A model generated the notes under the pieces. The model did not search any database. It was not told the DNA's origin and saw only the letters and a program-made list of their open reading frames with translations. Positions 1 through 11,761 of a stretch of 64,000 nucleotides of DNA are shown piece by piece. Positions within the stretch are counted from its first letter, which is position 1. Every line of letters starts with the position of its first letter. The position numbers were made by a program, and so were the translations under genes. This DNA is from Candidatus Shapirobacteria bacterium. Lineage in GTDB: Bacteria > Patescibacteriota > Microgenomatia > UBA12405 > BS750m-G30. The DNA lies in the NCBI GenBank assembly GCA_016783425.1, contig JADHWP010000001.1:7272-71271 (forward strand), in the 5' to 3' direction.

Positions 1-66
1 TTGCTATCTCTAATTAGCGCTAAAGGCATCAAAATGTTACAAGGTAGTGGTAAGCAGTTAAAATGA
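1..66 (+). CDS. Possible 3' end of ATP synthase alpha subunit gene (partial); stop overlaps the atpG start
   Basis: Open frame from the window edge ends at TGA 64-66, overlapping ATG 63 of the gamma subunit; position is the one expected in an atpAGDC operon. Confidence 0.3.
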   Translation: MLSLISAKGIKMLQGSGKQLK

Positions 67-905
67 AAACTTCGGCTCAAGTAAGAGCGGAAATTGAGTG
101 GTTGAGGGGGTTGTCCGAACTGGTGATGGCTTATGAAGAGGTGGCGGCGGTCAGAATGAAAAAAATAAGAAATGAAGTTTTGCAAAATCGGGAGTTTACT
201 ACGGGCCTAAATCAGATTTATCAGCGGCTTAAATTTACCTATAAAAAAGAGGCGGAAAAGTATAAGCTAAAGCAAAACATAAGCAAGAACGGCAAAACCG
301 CCCGGGTTTTTCTTTCCGCTAATGCCGGTTTTTACGGCCCGATCATTCAAAAGACTTTTCAATTATTTGCCGCGGATTTAAAAAAAGAAAAATCCGACGC
401 GGTTATTGTTGGCCGGGTGGGAAGATATCTTTTTAGCCAGGCAGGGATAAAAAAAACCGAGCCTTTGTATTTTGATTTTCCGGACGGAAGCTTTGACCGC
501 CAGGGGCTTAAAGAAATCGCCGATCAGCTTTTGCCTTATGAGGCGGTCGTGGTTTATCACGGGCAGTACCAAAATATTGCCGTTCAAAATCCGCTTGCTT
601 CTTCTATTTCCGGGGATCAATTGGGGCCGGAAGCGGGGGAGCCGGCGCGCGCCTCCTGGATTTTTGAGCCTTCTTTCTCCTCCCTTCTTTCTTTTTTTGA
701 AAGCGAGATTTTTGTTTCTCTTTTTGCTCACTCAATGTACGAGTCGCATCTTTCCAAGTTTGCCTGCCGGATGATTACGCTGGACGAGGCAGCGGAAAAC
801 ATTAACAAAGGGATTGCGGTTAGTCTATTTGAAAAAGAAAGATTGAGGCACAAGCAGAGCAGCAAAAAACAGCTGGAGGCTTTAGTTAGGGTGGTTAGAA
901 ACTAA
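63..905 (+). CDS. atpG: F0F1 ATP synthase gamma subunit
   Basis: 280 aa; N-terminal and overall pattern of a gamma chain; lies immediately before the beta and epsilon subunits. Confidence 0.85.
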   Translation: MKTSAQVRAEIEWLRGLSELVMAYEEVAAVRMKKIRNEVLQNREFTTGLNQIYQRLKFTYKKEAEKYKLKQNISKNGKTARVFLSANAGFYGPIIQKTFQLFAADLKKEKSDAVIVGRVGRYLFSQAGIKKTEPLYFDFPDGSFDRQGLKEIADQLLPYEAVVVYHGQYQNIAVQNPLASSISGDQLGPEAGEPARASWIFEPSFSSLLSFFESEIFVSLFAHSMYESHLSKFACRMITLDEAAENINKGIAVSLFEKERLRHKQSSKKQLEALVRVVRN

Positions 906-2542
<1,637 letters not shown>

Positions 2543-2616
2543 CAGGCTCTTTTCACCCCCAGTCCAAAAAGTTGACAAACATTTTCGCCTGGAGTATAAA
2601 ACGTCAGTCATTTACT

Positions 2617-3933
2617 TTACCGAATCGTAACGCCGTAAAGGTTGGCGGGCAGGCTGGGGTGGAGGGAGGTAAGAATGATTAGCTTATTGCCGTCCGGAGA
2701 GGGGAAAACATACCCGTTTTCAAAAGGACCGGCAAAAACCGTTTGCTTATTGGTGGCATCGGCTTCAACTACCTTGGCTTGATTATCTTCCAGGAAAACC
2801 AGGTGATTATTGGTGCTTAGCCAATAAAGAGAGGTCTGGGTTTGAGCCAGGTACGATTCAAGCAGGTTTTCCTGGTTAGTTATTTTTTCCGGATCCAGAC
2901 CGATTTTTTCCGCTCCAATAATAAAAAAGTTTGTATCCTGCTCTAAATCGTAAACATAGATTCCACCCGACTTAATATTTCTTTCTTCAATCTCGGTAGA
3001 GCGGGCCGGAGGATGAGGCAGAAGTTTTTCCGGAAGGCTCGCTTCCCGGGAAGCCAGGTAAAAAATCTTTTTTTGATGCGGAGAAAAAGTTACCAGTTGG
3101 GCCGATTCACTGGCAATTTGGGCGAGCTCTTTGGGCAGTTTTTCCAAATCTCTTGTTAACTGCTCCTGCTTTTGAGTTTGCCATCCGCTTAAGGTAAAGG
3201 AAAGCTGCAATACTTCGTTTCTAAGTTGATCCGCGGGGGTGAGGCGGTCGGCGGGGAGGCGGTAAACTGAAGAAGGGCTTTCCAGGGGACCAAAAATAGC
3301 CAGTACTTCAGCAGAATCCGGGCTCCAAATCAAAACCGCCTTAGACCAGTCCAGAAAGCTGACCGGGGCTACCAGCTGGTGAGTGTTGCTGCGGAATAGG
3401 TTTAAGCCTCCCTGATCAATCCGGGAAACCCAGAGCCCGTTTTTTATTTCCGCCGAAGACGAAGCGACCGCGTAGGCAATTTTTGCCCCGTCCGGGGAAA
3501 GAGCGGGGTTAATCGCGCCGGTGTTAGTGAGGGTAGTTAAATCCGGAGCGGAGCGGAAAAGGTGGGCATCGGTTTGAAAAACTACCTCTTTTTTAACCAG
3601 CGCCTTTTTTTCCCAGGGCAGATACCCGTCTTTAATTAATTTTAGTTGATATTCACCCGGAGAGAGGGTGATCGTGTCGTCGGTAGCGGTTACCAGCTTA
3701 TCATCCACATAAACCAAGGCTCCTTTGGGCAAAGAAATGGCGGCGAGCAAGCCCGTGGGGAACAAGCCGCCCTTTTTAATATCCGGTCGGTAGCCCCTGA
3801 TAAACAAAGAGACTATGGTAGTTCCGGCTACCACGAAAGCGAGAACGCCAGCGGCAATCATCGCCGGCTTAAACCGCTTAACCTTTTTTCCCAACCCTCT
3901 TCTTTTTAATATCTTTTTAAGTTTTTTGATCAT
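2617..3933 (-). CDS. Membrane-anchored PEGA-domain protein with TolB-like beta-propeller region
   Basis: 438 aa; N-terminal TM helix, PEGA-like motif (GEYQLKLIKDGYLPWEK), repeated propeller-like segments. Confidence 0.55.
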   Translation of the reverse strand: MIKKLKKILKRRGLGKKVKRFKPAMIAAGVLAFVVAGTTIVSLFIRGYRPDIKKGGLFPTGLLAAISLPKGALVYVDDKLVTATDDTITLSPGEYQLKLIKDGYLPWEKKALVKKEVVFQTDAHLFRSAPDLTTLTNTGAINPALSPDGAKIAYAVASSSAEIKNGLWVSRIDQGGLNLFRSNTHQLVAPVSFLDWSKAVLIWSPDSAEVLAIFGPLESPSSVYRLPADRLTPADQLRNEVLQLSFTLSGWQTQKQEQLTRDLEKLPKELAQIASESAQLVTFSPHQKKIFYLASREASLPEKLLPHPPARSTEIEERNIKSGGIYVYDLEQDTNFFIIGAEKIGLDPEKITNQENLLESYLAQTQTSLYWLSTNNHLVFLEDNQAKVVEADATNKQTVFAGPFENGYVFPSPDGNKLIILTSLHPSLPANLYGVTIR

Positions 3934-3985
3934 TTGAAACTTGAGCTTTTATTCTACCATATTTGTTTGAGTTTAGAGTTTAGAT

Positions 3986-4030
3986 TGTCAACCTTAAAGG
4001 TTGAAGATCCAGTAACCTTTAAGGTTGACA
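3986..4030. repeat. Composite REP element: two TGTCAACCTT(T/A)AAGGTTGACA half-copies around a 10-bp insert (agatccagta)
   Basis: Same palindrome family as the copies at 14596, 15369, 19104, 35997 and 38406. Confidence 0.85.
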
Positions 4031-4121
4031 GAGCTGGCGGACTCGGGAGTAATATAATTTCTGGTATAATGATTTTAGAGGAGGAAATATCTTTATTTTA
4101 AGATAATCATAATATATCAAA

Positions 4122-5129
4122 ATGGCTTTAAGCAAGCAGTTGGCGATCGATTTAGGCACGGCCAATTCTTTAGTTTGGGAAATAGGCAAGGGTCTGATTA
4201 TTAATGAGCCGACGGTGGTGGCCGTTACTTTGGAGGAGCGAAAAGTTTTAGCAGTGGGCAGGGAGGCGAAAGAAATGCTGGGGCGGACTCCGGAATATAT
4301 TGAGGTCGCCCGGCCAATGCGGGAGGGAGTAATTGCCGATTATCAGGTAACCGAATCCATGCTGCGGTGGTTTATTCGCCAGACCGGGAGCGGTTTGCTT
4401 AATTTTTTTAAACCTGAAGTAATGGTTTGTGTGCCTACGGGGGTAACCCAGGTCGAGCAAAGAGCGGTTTTAGACGCCACTCTTAGCGCCGGGGCGCGGG
4501 TGGCCTATCTTATTGATTCTCCTTTAGCCGCGGCGATTGGGGCGGGTATTCCCATTAGTAGCGCAGTGGGAAACATGATTGTGGATATTGGCGGGGGCGC
4601 TTGTGAGGCGGCCGTAATTTCTTTAGGGGGAGTGGTCGTTCATAAAAGCGTCAGAGTAGCCGGTAATAAGCTGGATGAGGCGATTATTAATTGGCTTAAA
4701 AAAACCCACAATATGGTGGTTGGGGACCAAACGGCGGAGAAAATAAAAATTGAAATCGGGACGGCCTTGCCCAAAAGCAAAGAAAAGAAAATGAGCGTCA
4801 GGGGGCGAGATTCAGTTAGCGGACTGCCTCGGAAAATAGAGCTTACCTCCACCCAGGTTAACGAAGCGGTCAAAGAACCCCTGGAAGAGATTTTAAGCGC
4901 GGTTCGGGGAGTTTTAGAAAAGACTCCTCCGGAACTGGTAGCGGATATTGTTGACCGGGGGATTATTCTTTCCGGTGGGACGGCCTTATTAGGTAGCCTG
5001 GATAGATATCTTACAAGACAGATTGGGGTTTCTTTCCATGTAGCCCAGGATCCTTTGCTTTGCACCATTAAAGGGACCGCGGCGGCTTTAGAGAATTTAG
5101 AAGATTATAAAAGTTCTTTGAGGTTGTAG
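4122..5129 (+). CDS. mreB: Rod shape-determining protein MreB (actin-like ATPase)
   Basis: 335 aa; N-terminal DLGTANS phosphate-1 motif and MreB-wide conservation. Confidence 0.9.
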   Translation: MALSKQLAIDLGTANSLVWEIGKGLIINEPTVVAVTLEERKVLAVGREAKEMLGRTPEYIEVARPMREGVIADYQVTESMLRWFIRQTGSGLLNFFKPEVMVCVPTGVTQVEQRAVLDATLSAGARVAYLIDSPLAAAIGAGIPISSAVGNMIVDIGGGACEAAVISLGGVVVHKSVRVAGNKLDEAIINWLKKTHNMVVGDQTAEKIKIEIGTALPKSKEKKMSVRGRDSVSGLPRKIELTSTQVNEAVKEPLEEILSAVRGVLEKTPPELVADIVDRGIILSGGTALLGSLDRYLTRQIGVSFHVAQDPLLCTIKGTAAALENLEDYKSSLRL

Positions 5130-5889
5130 ATCCTATAAGGTTGAGCTTTAAATAAAGCAAATAACTAATTAACAGCTGTATGATAGTCTTATAATAGACA
5201 TTTCCTGTTATAAATTAATTTTGGGGTATTATTTGAAATTACCAGCAATATCCAGGGGAGTTAAAGAATAAATGGGAGCCGGGGAAATGAATAATTAATT
5301 GGAACGATAATATTTAAAAACGGATTTTGGTAAAACTAAATATAGAATCTTATAAAGCTGTTTACATATTTCAACCCTGGTGATGATACGCTACCCACAG
5401 TAAGTAAAATACTAGAGGATATTGCTGTTTAAATTGGCTGCTGAAAAGGAAAGATGGATACAAGTTGAATATGTACCAGAGTGGATAAAATAATAAAGTA
5501 TAATGGTTTTTTATTAAGAGACCGAGTGAAAACAACTTATAGGATTATATTAAAGAAGGTGCTTTGGGAGGAGGTTACAAAAACCTGATCTTGAAAGAGG
5601 AAGAAATCAATTTATCCTACCCTGGAAGTGGTATAAATAGCTGGAAGGAAAGGGGAAAAGCGCTGATTGTTATTCTCTGGCAGAAGATTGATTTATTTGA
5701 TAATCTCCAGGCCGTTTAGGCAGTTGAGTTTTGCTTGAGCCTAAAAGGCCCCGGAAATGCTCTATAAGGAAAAATAAGTGACAGTGGAGGCAAAAAAGTT
5801 AATGCGGAAATTTTACTGGCTGTTAATGCTTTTTAATGAATAAATAAAAGAATATTCGGTTTTTCCATCAAAAAAGCGGTAAACTAGCT

Positions 5890-6160
5890 AAAGATCTTCT
5901 TTGTTCTGGTTTGAGGTTTTATTATCGGGAATATTTTTATCAGGCCAAAGTGGCAACTGCCTGTCCAGGAGACAACGGGCTTACTGTCTCGTGGATAAAG
6001 CCCCCCCGCCGGGATATACAAATGAGTCGCCAAAAAAGGCGCGCAGAGCGAAACAGAGAACCACAGGCTTTGTCCAGGGGCGCCTATCGGGTAAAATTGA
6101 TAACTGCCTGTTTTTTTGAGTCTCCCGGAACTCATTTAACCGGGCCTTTTTCCTTAAACG
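5890..6160 (+). ncRNA. Candidate structured ncRNA (GC-rich island in an AT-rich ORF-free region) ending in an intrinsic terminator
   Basis: Local hairpins (gagaca..tgtctc; direct repeat aactgcctgt x2); terminator hairpin cccggaactcatttaaccggg followed by a T-tract at about 6124-6158; only short overlapping ORFs. Confidence 0.3.
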
Positions 6161-6597
6161 CTCCCCTTTATTTGCGATTTCATGCCGGCGTATATGAGTA
6201 TGGCGTATATGAGTATAATGTATTTCTTTTTGTAGCGCAGGTTTTTAGGTTTTAGCAATAAAAAAAATAATTTATTAACTTTATAAATTTTTTAAAATTT
6301 AAAATAATTCTTTAAGAAAATTTTGACTTTTTGGTTAATTTTTCTGTTGATATACTTTGTTGGGCTTAATAATCGTTTGTATTTTTAGTATACTCCGTAA
6401 TATCCATTGATATACTAGTTTTAATTTACTTTCACTATTACAGCACACGGTATTAAACAGTTAGATAATCTCCGAATAATAACCTGATTTCACTGATTTC
6501 AAGCCTGGCAGATAAAATTAGAAGCGTGAAAGCGTCTCGCGTTATTAATGCACAATTTTTTGGAAGAGTTTGGTGATTTAATGAGGCGGGTGAAGTT

Positions 6598-7650
6598 TTA
6601 CTTAGATTCTTGAGCCGGAAACGCTTCTTGAAGCATAGTTAAAACTAATTTTTCAGCAGTCATTGAAGAAAGAAAAGTGGGGTATCTTTCGACTTGGTGA
6701 TCATCAAGTCTTAGTGGCCCGACTACTTGCCCGCTATCTTCCCATCTAGTCGTCATTTTAGAAACATAAACGAAAGGTTCTCTGAAATTTTCCGGAAAAA
6801 GGAGGACTCCTCCTTTTCTTTTTATTTTTACCACTGAGCCAATCGCTTTTAACCAGGTGTTTTTTTCCGCATTAGTTTCGGCATTTTTGAGTATATTTCC
6901 TAGTTGAGCGGCGATTTCGGAATTTTCAATGGTATCTGCGGCCAAAAGAAGGGGAACGGCAATAAGCGCTTTTGCTTCAAGAGCTTTTTGGCCTAAAGCT
7001 GCTAATACTTGCCGATGGAATCTAACTCTTGTTTCCGCTACCTTTTTAATTTCTTCTGGAGTTAAAGCTTGAATTTCAGGCGCTACTTTTCCGGGAAGTG
7101 AAAAAAAGCCGCCCGGTAGCTTTAAGGGTCTTCGGTCTATCTCTGCCCCTTTTTTTATTTGTTTTAATATAGCCTGAAAATCATGTAGATCATCTAGTTG
7201 GTGATAAGTGGAAGCAACTAAAGATTGAGCCATTTGTAGTTCAGCCACCCTTTTTTGTTTCCCTTCGGCCATATCAGCAAGCTGTCTTTTTCTTTCTTTT
7301 TCCAGCTTTTGCTGATCTTGCTGGTCATATATTCGTTCCTGAAAGGGAAGCTTCAGTACTTCTCTTGCTCTTTTATCTGCTTCTTTGTAGTCGGGGCTGC
7401 CCATATAACAACTCTGAATGCTTCTTTCAGCTACTTCTCCTTGATCTTGAGCAAATTTTGATGCGCTCCTCCATATATGATCAACTTTTTTCTCAATATC
7501 CTTTGGATCATTACATTCGGCTATAAGAAGCCGGACAGTCTCTGCCCTTTTTCCTTCGGGGCTAGACTCCCTTGGGGCGTGCTCTTCTAAGAGATCTTCG
7601 AGAGTAAGAGTTTGTTCTACAGCTACTTCTGCTCTAACATCTTCGCTCAT
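6598..7650 (-). CDS. Hypothetical protein (350 aa), last gene of the 9687->6598 operon
   Basis: Long ORF; no recognisable motif. Confidence 0.6.
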   Translation of the reverse strand: MSEDVRAEVAVEQTLTLEDLLEEHAPRESSPEGKRAETVRLLIAECNDPKDIEKKVDHIWRSASKFAQDQGEVAERSIQSCYMGSPDYKEADKRAREVLKLPFQERIYDQQDQQKLEKERKRQLADMAEGKQKRVAELQMAQSLVASTYHQLDDLHDFQAILKQIKKGAEIDRRPLKLPGGFFSLPGKVAPEIQALTPEEIKKVAETRVRFHRQVLAALGQKALEAKALIAVPLLLAADTIENSEIAAQLGNILKNAETNAEKNTWLKAIGSVVKIKRKGGVLLFPENFREPFVYVSKMTTRWEDSGQVVGPLRLDDHQVERYPTFLSSMTAEKLVLTMLQEAFPAQESK

Positions 7651-7738
7651 TATCTTTAATCTATAGCCTTTTGGCTAAATAAACATGACAAAAATATAAC
7701 AATTTATATTTTCATAGTAAGATTTAACAAGGGTTTTG

Positions 7739-8713
7739 TCAAGACAGAACTTTTTGAATAAACCTTTCTCTAACTTCTTTGCCCCTTTCGATAATAGTTG
7801 GCATTTTTTGTTTTAGGCTGCCTATTAAGTTGCTCATTGCAAGAATTTGAAGGTGAACGGCAAGAAAAGGGTCAGTGTCATCATCAATATAGGGATTATG
7901 CCAAACAAGCGAGGGTCTGGGAAGAGATTTTCCTCGGCGGTGAAGATCCTCTCCCCATAATAATTCAGGAACTCTGCGTTTTAAATCAGCGGGCAGCAGT
8001 CTCAAAATAGCTTCGGTGGTTTGATTAGCCGCCACATCCCATTCGTCTGCTTCTCTGGTATCCGGTTTTCTTAGAAAAGCCTCAATAGGATATCCCGGGC
8101 AGTCACAGATTATAAACGGAGAAGGGCTTTGGGCCAAAGCGAGCCCTTTGTTCAGTGTTTCTTTGACTGTTATTGCCGCAGGCCGCCTTTCGGGTATAGT
8201 TAATTCACCCTTTTGGTATTTGGCTCTGATTTTTAATAGGGCGAGAACAATATCAGCCATGCTTTGCTTGGAATCTAAGCCAGCTTTTCTTAGTTCTTCC
8301 AGGTAGTAAGTAGAGCTAAGTTGAGAAAATGGGTCAAGGTCAAGAATCGGCGCGCCTGTTGCGAGCGAGAGAGCGGCGGAAATAATTGATTTTCCGGATC
8401 CACTATGGCCGGCGATAGATAAAGCTATTTTCGGCTCTTGTCCGGCTTTGGTATTTGGAATTTTCCCCGAGCGATTTAAGGCCAGATGGACGGCTAATAG
8501 GGTTGGCAAAGAAGTCGTTCTAAGGCAAAGGTCCAGCCGCTCTTTTTGATCTGGATCTAATTCGGCCTCGGGAATTCCTAATCCTTGCCGCCGCCAGTGA
8601 TCAAGAAACCTGGGGAAATAAAATTTTTGTCCGTCTAAATCATCCAGCCAGGCAACATCTGTAGTTAATTTACTTATTTCAACCGGGGGAAGGCCTGGCT
8701 CCCAATCAGTCAT
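7739..8713 (-). CDS. P-loop NTPase/kinase with HprK/P-like Walker A (GHSGSGKS)
   Basis: 324 aa; central GxSGxGKS motif without an ABC signature motif; tightly linked to the upstream gene (3-bp gap). Confidence 0.5.
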   Translation of the reverse strand: MTDWEPGLPPVEISKLTTDVAWLDDLDGQKFYFPRFLDHWRRQGLGIPEAELDPDQKERLDLCLRTTSLPTLLAVHLALNRSGKIPNTKAGQEPKIALSIAGHSGSGKSIISAALSLATGAPILDLDPFSQLSSTYYLEELRKAGLDSKQSMADIVLALLKIRAKYQKGELTIPERRPAAITVKETLNKGLALAQSPSPFIICDCPGYPIEAFLRKPDTREADEWDVAANQTTEAILRLLPADLKRRVPELLWGEDLHRRGKSLPRPSLVWHNPYIDDDTDPFLAVHLQILAMSNLIGSLKQKMPTIIERGKEVRERFIQKVLS

Positions 8714-8715
8714 GG

Positions 8716-9687
8716 TTATTTACCAACAATTTGATAACCAACTTTAGGAATGGATTTAAGCTGATAATGTTTTAGTTTGTTATTAAGGCGGCTGATCGTT
8801 TGATTAATGGCCCAATCAGAAAATTTATCGTAACCGTCTTTGCCCCATTTAAAATCCGCAACCTGTTCGCGGGTGATGGCAGGGCTGGTCAGTAAATGGC
8901 AAATAACTTCAGCCTCGGTTTTAGTTAGTTTGCAAGTACCCCCTTGTTCATTTTCTTCAAAACTCAAATCAGGGTTAATTTTAATCCTGATTACTGCGGG
9001 GAGGGGATAAAGTTGGAGATATTTGGCTAAAAGAAGGCTGATACATTCACCTTTTTTGTTAATAATCCCTAATTTATTTAAGACGGGCGGCGAGGATTGG
9101 GCCAGGATGGTTATGGTGTGATTAATAACCCTTTTAAAATCAGGGCTTGAGGCAGTTTCCTTAGGGGTTTTGGCTAATGTTTGGGGAGCAAGAGAAAGAT
9201 ATTTGATAATTCGGCCGATACCGCCCGAGTATTTATAAATTAAATCAATCTCTTTTTGTTTTAATTCCGGGCTTATTTCTCGGGCAAAAATATTAGCATC
9301 CGCCCGTTCTCTGGCCTGGAAGTAAAAAGTAGAATACAAATGGGAGGCGGCAAAAGATTTTTGGTATTCGTCCGTTTCCACCAGCCGGGGAGTATTAATA
9401 ATTAAAGCAAATTTTTGGCCTAACTTAGCTTTTTTAAAATATTCATTGGCAATGCTTAAAGCTTTTTCGTTTTTGTCAAAATCAAGGTCTAAGATATTAT
9501 ATTCAGCTAAATCCCCGTCAGCCTCATTAAGGTAATTAACTTCTTTGTTTTTTTCTAAATATTTTTTCACAAAATAGGTAATGCCCAAGCCCGGAAGGGT
9601 AACAATCAAAAAATTGGCTTTCTTTTTGATGCTCTCGTTGAGCGCCGCCGCCAGTTTTTGATAAAGCTTTTGCGAATAAAACCCCAT
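8716..9687 (-). CDS. Putative transcriptional regulator: N-terminal degenerate ATPase-like domain plus C-terminal OmpR/PhoB-type winged helix
   Basis: 323 aa; C-terminal ...ITREQVADFKWGKDGYDKFSDWAINQTISRLNNKL...GYQIVGK matches trans_reg_C; paralogous to the wHTH in the 35191-36543 protein. Confidence 0.55.
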   Translation of the reverse strand: MGFYSQKLYQKLAAALNESIKKKANFLIVTLPGLGITYFVKKYLEKNKEVNYLNEADGDLAEYNILDLDFDKNEKALSIANEYFKKAKLGQKFALIINTPRLVETDEYQKSFAASHLYSTFYFQARERADANIFAREISPELKQKEIDLIYKYSGGIGRIIKYLSLAPQTLAKTPKETASSPDFKRVINHTITILAQSSPPVLNKLGIINKKGECISLLLAKYLQLYPLPAVIRIKINPDLSFEENEQGGTCKLTKTEAEVICHLLTSPAITREQVADFKWGKDGYDKFSDWAINQTISRLNNKLKHYQLKSIPKVGYQIVGK

Positions 9688-9819
9688 AAATCAATATTAA
9701 CATAAAAATGTATTCCGAATTTTTTTAAAGCCAAATTGTTATTTTTTCGTTATCTTTTTGTCAAGTATTCAAATAAGCATTATGGGATAATTGGGCTATT
9801 AATAATTTAACTTAAAAAA

Positions 9820-11373
9820 ATGACTGAGCAAGATAAGAGAAATGATGGAGTTCAAAATCCCGGGAGAAGAGAATTTTTAGGAGGCATTGCAAGGCTGGGT
9901 TTGTCGGTTAGCGCATTATGCTTGGCGGCTAAAGGTGGAGTTGAAGTAGTGAGAGAAATAAAGGATGAATTTGGAGAAATTGACTTTGAGAGAAAATTTC
10001 CAAAAGAAAAAGAGTTGCAAGAAGCGGCTGAAGCGCTAGGTTTTGGTACTTGGTCGGTTGACTCCCCCACTCGGGATTTGCCGGTAGGCTGGCAGGAGTT
10101 AGCGGCAATGGAAGATGGAGGCTTAAAATTGCGGGAAGGAGGCTTTAGTAAGGAAAAAGAGAGGCTTATTTTGCCGCCGGCAGTTTTTGCCCGGGTTTGC
10201 GAGCAAATTGATATTCAGAATTTGGCTGTCGCTCAAGACGGAAGGGCCGTATTTATTTCCGGCCGGCCTAAAAATTTAAGAACTCCTTACCAGTTGGGAA
10301 GCTTGGCCCCTTCTTTTTTATTCGTTTTAAGCTCAAAAGGAGTAGGGTTTTTAGGCGGAGGGGTTAAGGATTTTGTTTTAACTGGTGAAACTATAGTGGT
10401 CAATATGGGGAGCGAACTGCTTAATTTACCCCAAGATGTTTTGACTACTGGCTTTTCAGATCAAGAGTGGCGCTATCAAGACATTATTCCAATTTCTTCT
10501 CTTCGAACTCATTTTGATAGAGAAAGTAGACAAGTTTGGGTAACTTTTATTGGTGAAAATAAAAGTTCAGGGACAAGGGGGCTTTATGAGGTGGTTAATG
10601 GGCATGTTTATTGCCGGGCAAGCTTTGATCCCCAAAAGGAAAAATTATTGGGCTGGGCTAGTATGCCGGCAGTAGGCTCCTCTGGCTTTTCGGCTGACTC
10701 CCGCTTAATTGTTCATGGAGTAGATCAAGAGATTAAACAAGGGGGCTTGTTTATAAGGGGAAGAGGCTCAGACTTAGTTGCGCCGATAACCGGCTTAGAA
10801 TGCCGAACCCTGTTTCCCTATGCTTATCGTCATTTGCTAACCAGGAGCGGTTCTGTTTTGGGAGATTCTACTCGGTTAGGCGACCGTTCCTGCCGAGTTT
10901 TTATTGATCGGGAGAGAGTTAGGGGGACCTCCGGGGTTTATCCAGAAGGGGTAATCGGGGGAGTGGTTTTTGTCCAAAACCCTGATTCTTTAAATTTTTT
11001 GGGTCTTGATGTTGATGGCAACCCCTGCTTTAAGGGAAAGCCTTTAGAAAAAGGAGAAGACGGCCATCTCGATCCAGATGGTTGGCAGACCGGTTTTGTG
11101 CTTTGGGCTGGCTCTGGCGCAAAACTGGAGATTCCTGAAAATATTAAAGAGGGAAAAACCGAGCCAAAGCTGGCGCTTGGTTCAAAAGAATTTCTGTTTT
11201 TAGCTTCGGAAAAAGTTTCCCCGGATTTTGCTCATGTTTGGGAGCAATGGAATGGCCAGGGAGGCTTTATTGTTTTAACTACCACAGAGTCCGGGGGAAC
11301 CCGTTTTATTAACAGGATTGACTGGGTGTCTTCCGATGGAACCTCTTTTGAAGTCAAACATTTTGGCTATTAA
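9820..11373 (+). CDS. Secreted hypothetical protein with twin-arginine (Tat) signal peptide
   Basis: 517 aa; N-terminal RREFLGGIARLGLSVSALCLAA is a Tat signal. Confidence 0.6.
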   Translation: MTEQDKRNDGVQNPGRREFLGGIARLGLSVSALCLAAKGGVEVVREIKDEFGEIDFERKFPKEKELQEAAEALGFGTWSVDSPTRDLPVGWQELAAMEDGGLKLREGGFSKEKERLILPPAVFARVCEQIDIQNLAVAQDGRAVFISGRPKNLRTPYQLGSLAPSFLFVLSSKGVGFLGGGVKDFVLTGETIVVNMGSELLNLPQDVLTTGFSDQEWRYQDIIPISSLRTHFDRESRQVWVTFIGENKSSGTRGLYEVVNGHVYCRASFDPQKEKLLGWASMPAVGSSGFSADSRLIVHGVDQEIKQGGLFIRGRGSDLVAPITGLECRTLFPYAYRHLLTRSGSVLGDSTRLGDRSCRVFIDRERVRGTSGVYPEGVIGGVVFVQNPDSLNFLGLDVDGNPCFKGKPLEKGEDGHLDPDGWQTGFVLWAGSGAKLEIPENIKEGKTEPKLALGSKEFLFLASEKVSPDFAHVWEQWNGQGGFIVLTTTESGGTRFINRIDWVSSDGTSFEVKHFGY

Positions 11374-11423
11374 AATTGCCGCTTCCTCTTTGTCTAAATT
11401 TTTTGCTATACTGAAAATAGAAT

Positions 11424-11615
11424 ATGACAGGAAATGGCCTAAAAGCAGAGGCAGAACCAGTTCAATTGCCTAGGCCTGAAATAGGGCCGGACCGGGATGT
11501 TCCTTTAACCACCGAAGTGATTATTGGGGAGTTGGTTGGCAGAATCATTCCAGAGATGAGGTTTCCCCCAGAAAAAGAAGTCGCTGTTCTTCAAATAGAT
11601 TTATTTAAAAGTTAA
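11424..11615 (+). CDS. Small hypothetical ORF (63 aa)
   Basis: ORF after the Tat-protein gene, preceded by a TGcTATACT extended -10-like motif; no homology recognisable. Confidence 0.25.
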   Translation: MTGNGLKAEAEPVQLPRPEIGPDRDVPLTTEVIIGELVGRIIPEMRFPPEKEVAVLQIDLFKS

Positions 11616-11761
11616 TTTTCGCTTTTCCCATAATTTACTGATTAAGCCACTAATTGGGCGGCGCCGATAATCTCGCTATTTTTCCTCCTTGACACACTAA
11701 CTAATATTTTGTTATTGTGATAATATCTTAAGAGGGGATTTGTTACAAAAGATATTAGTAA

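Noticed and set aside
378-774. ORFs 378-731(-) and 472-774(+)
   Set aside because: They are embedded within atpG in other frames and have low-complexity translations.
5901-6255. ORFs 5901-6119 and 5911-6255 in the mreB-downstream gap
   Set aside because: They are overlapping alternative frames in a GC-rich, hairpin-rich segment ending in a terminator, which is more consistent with an RNA than with proteins.
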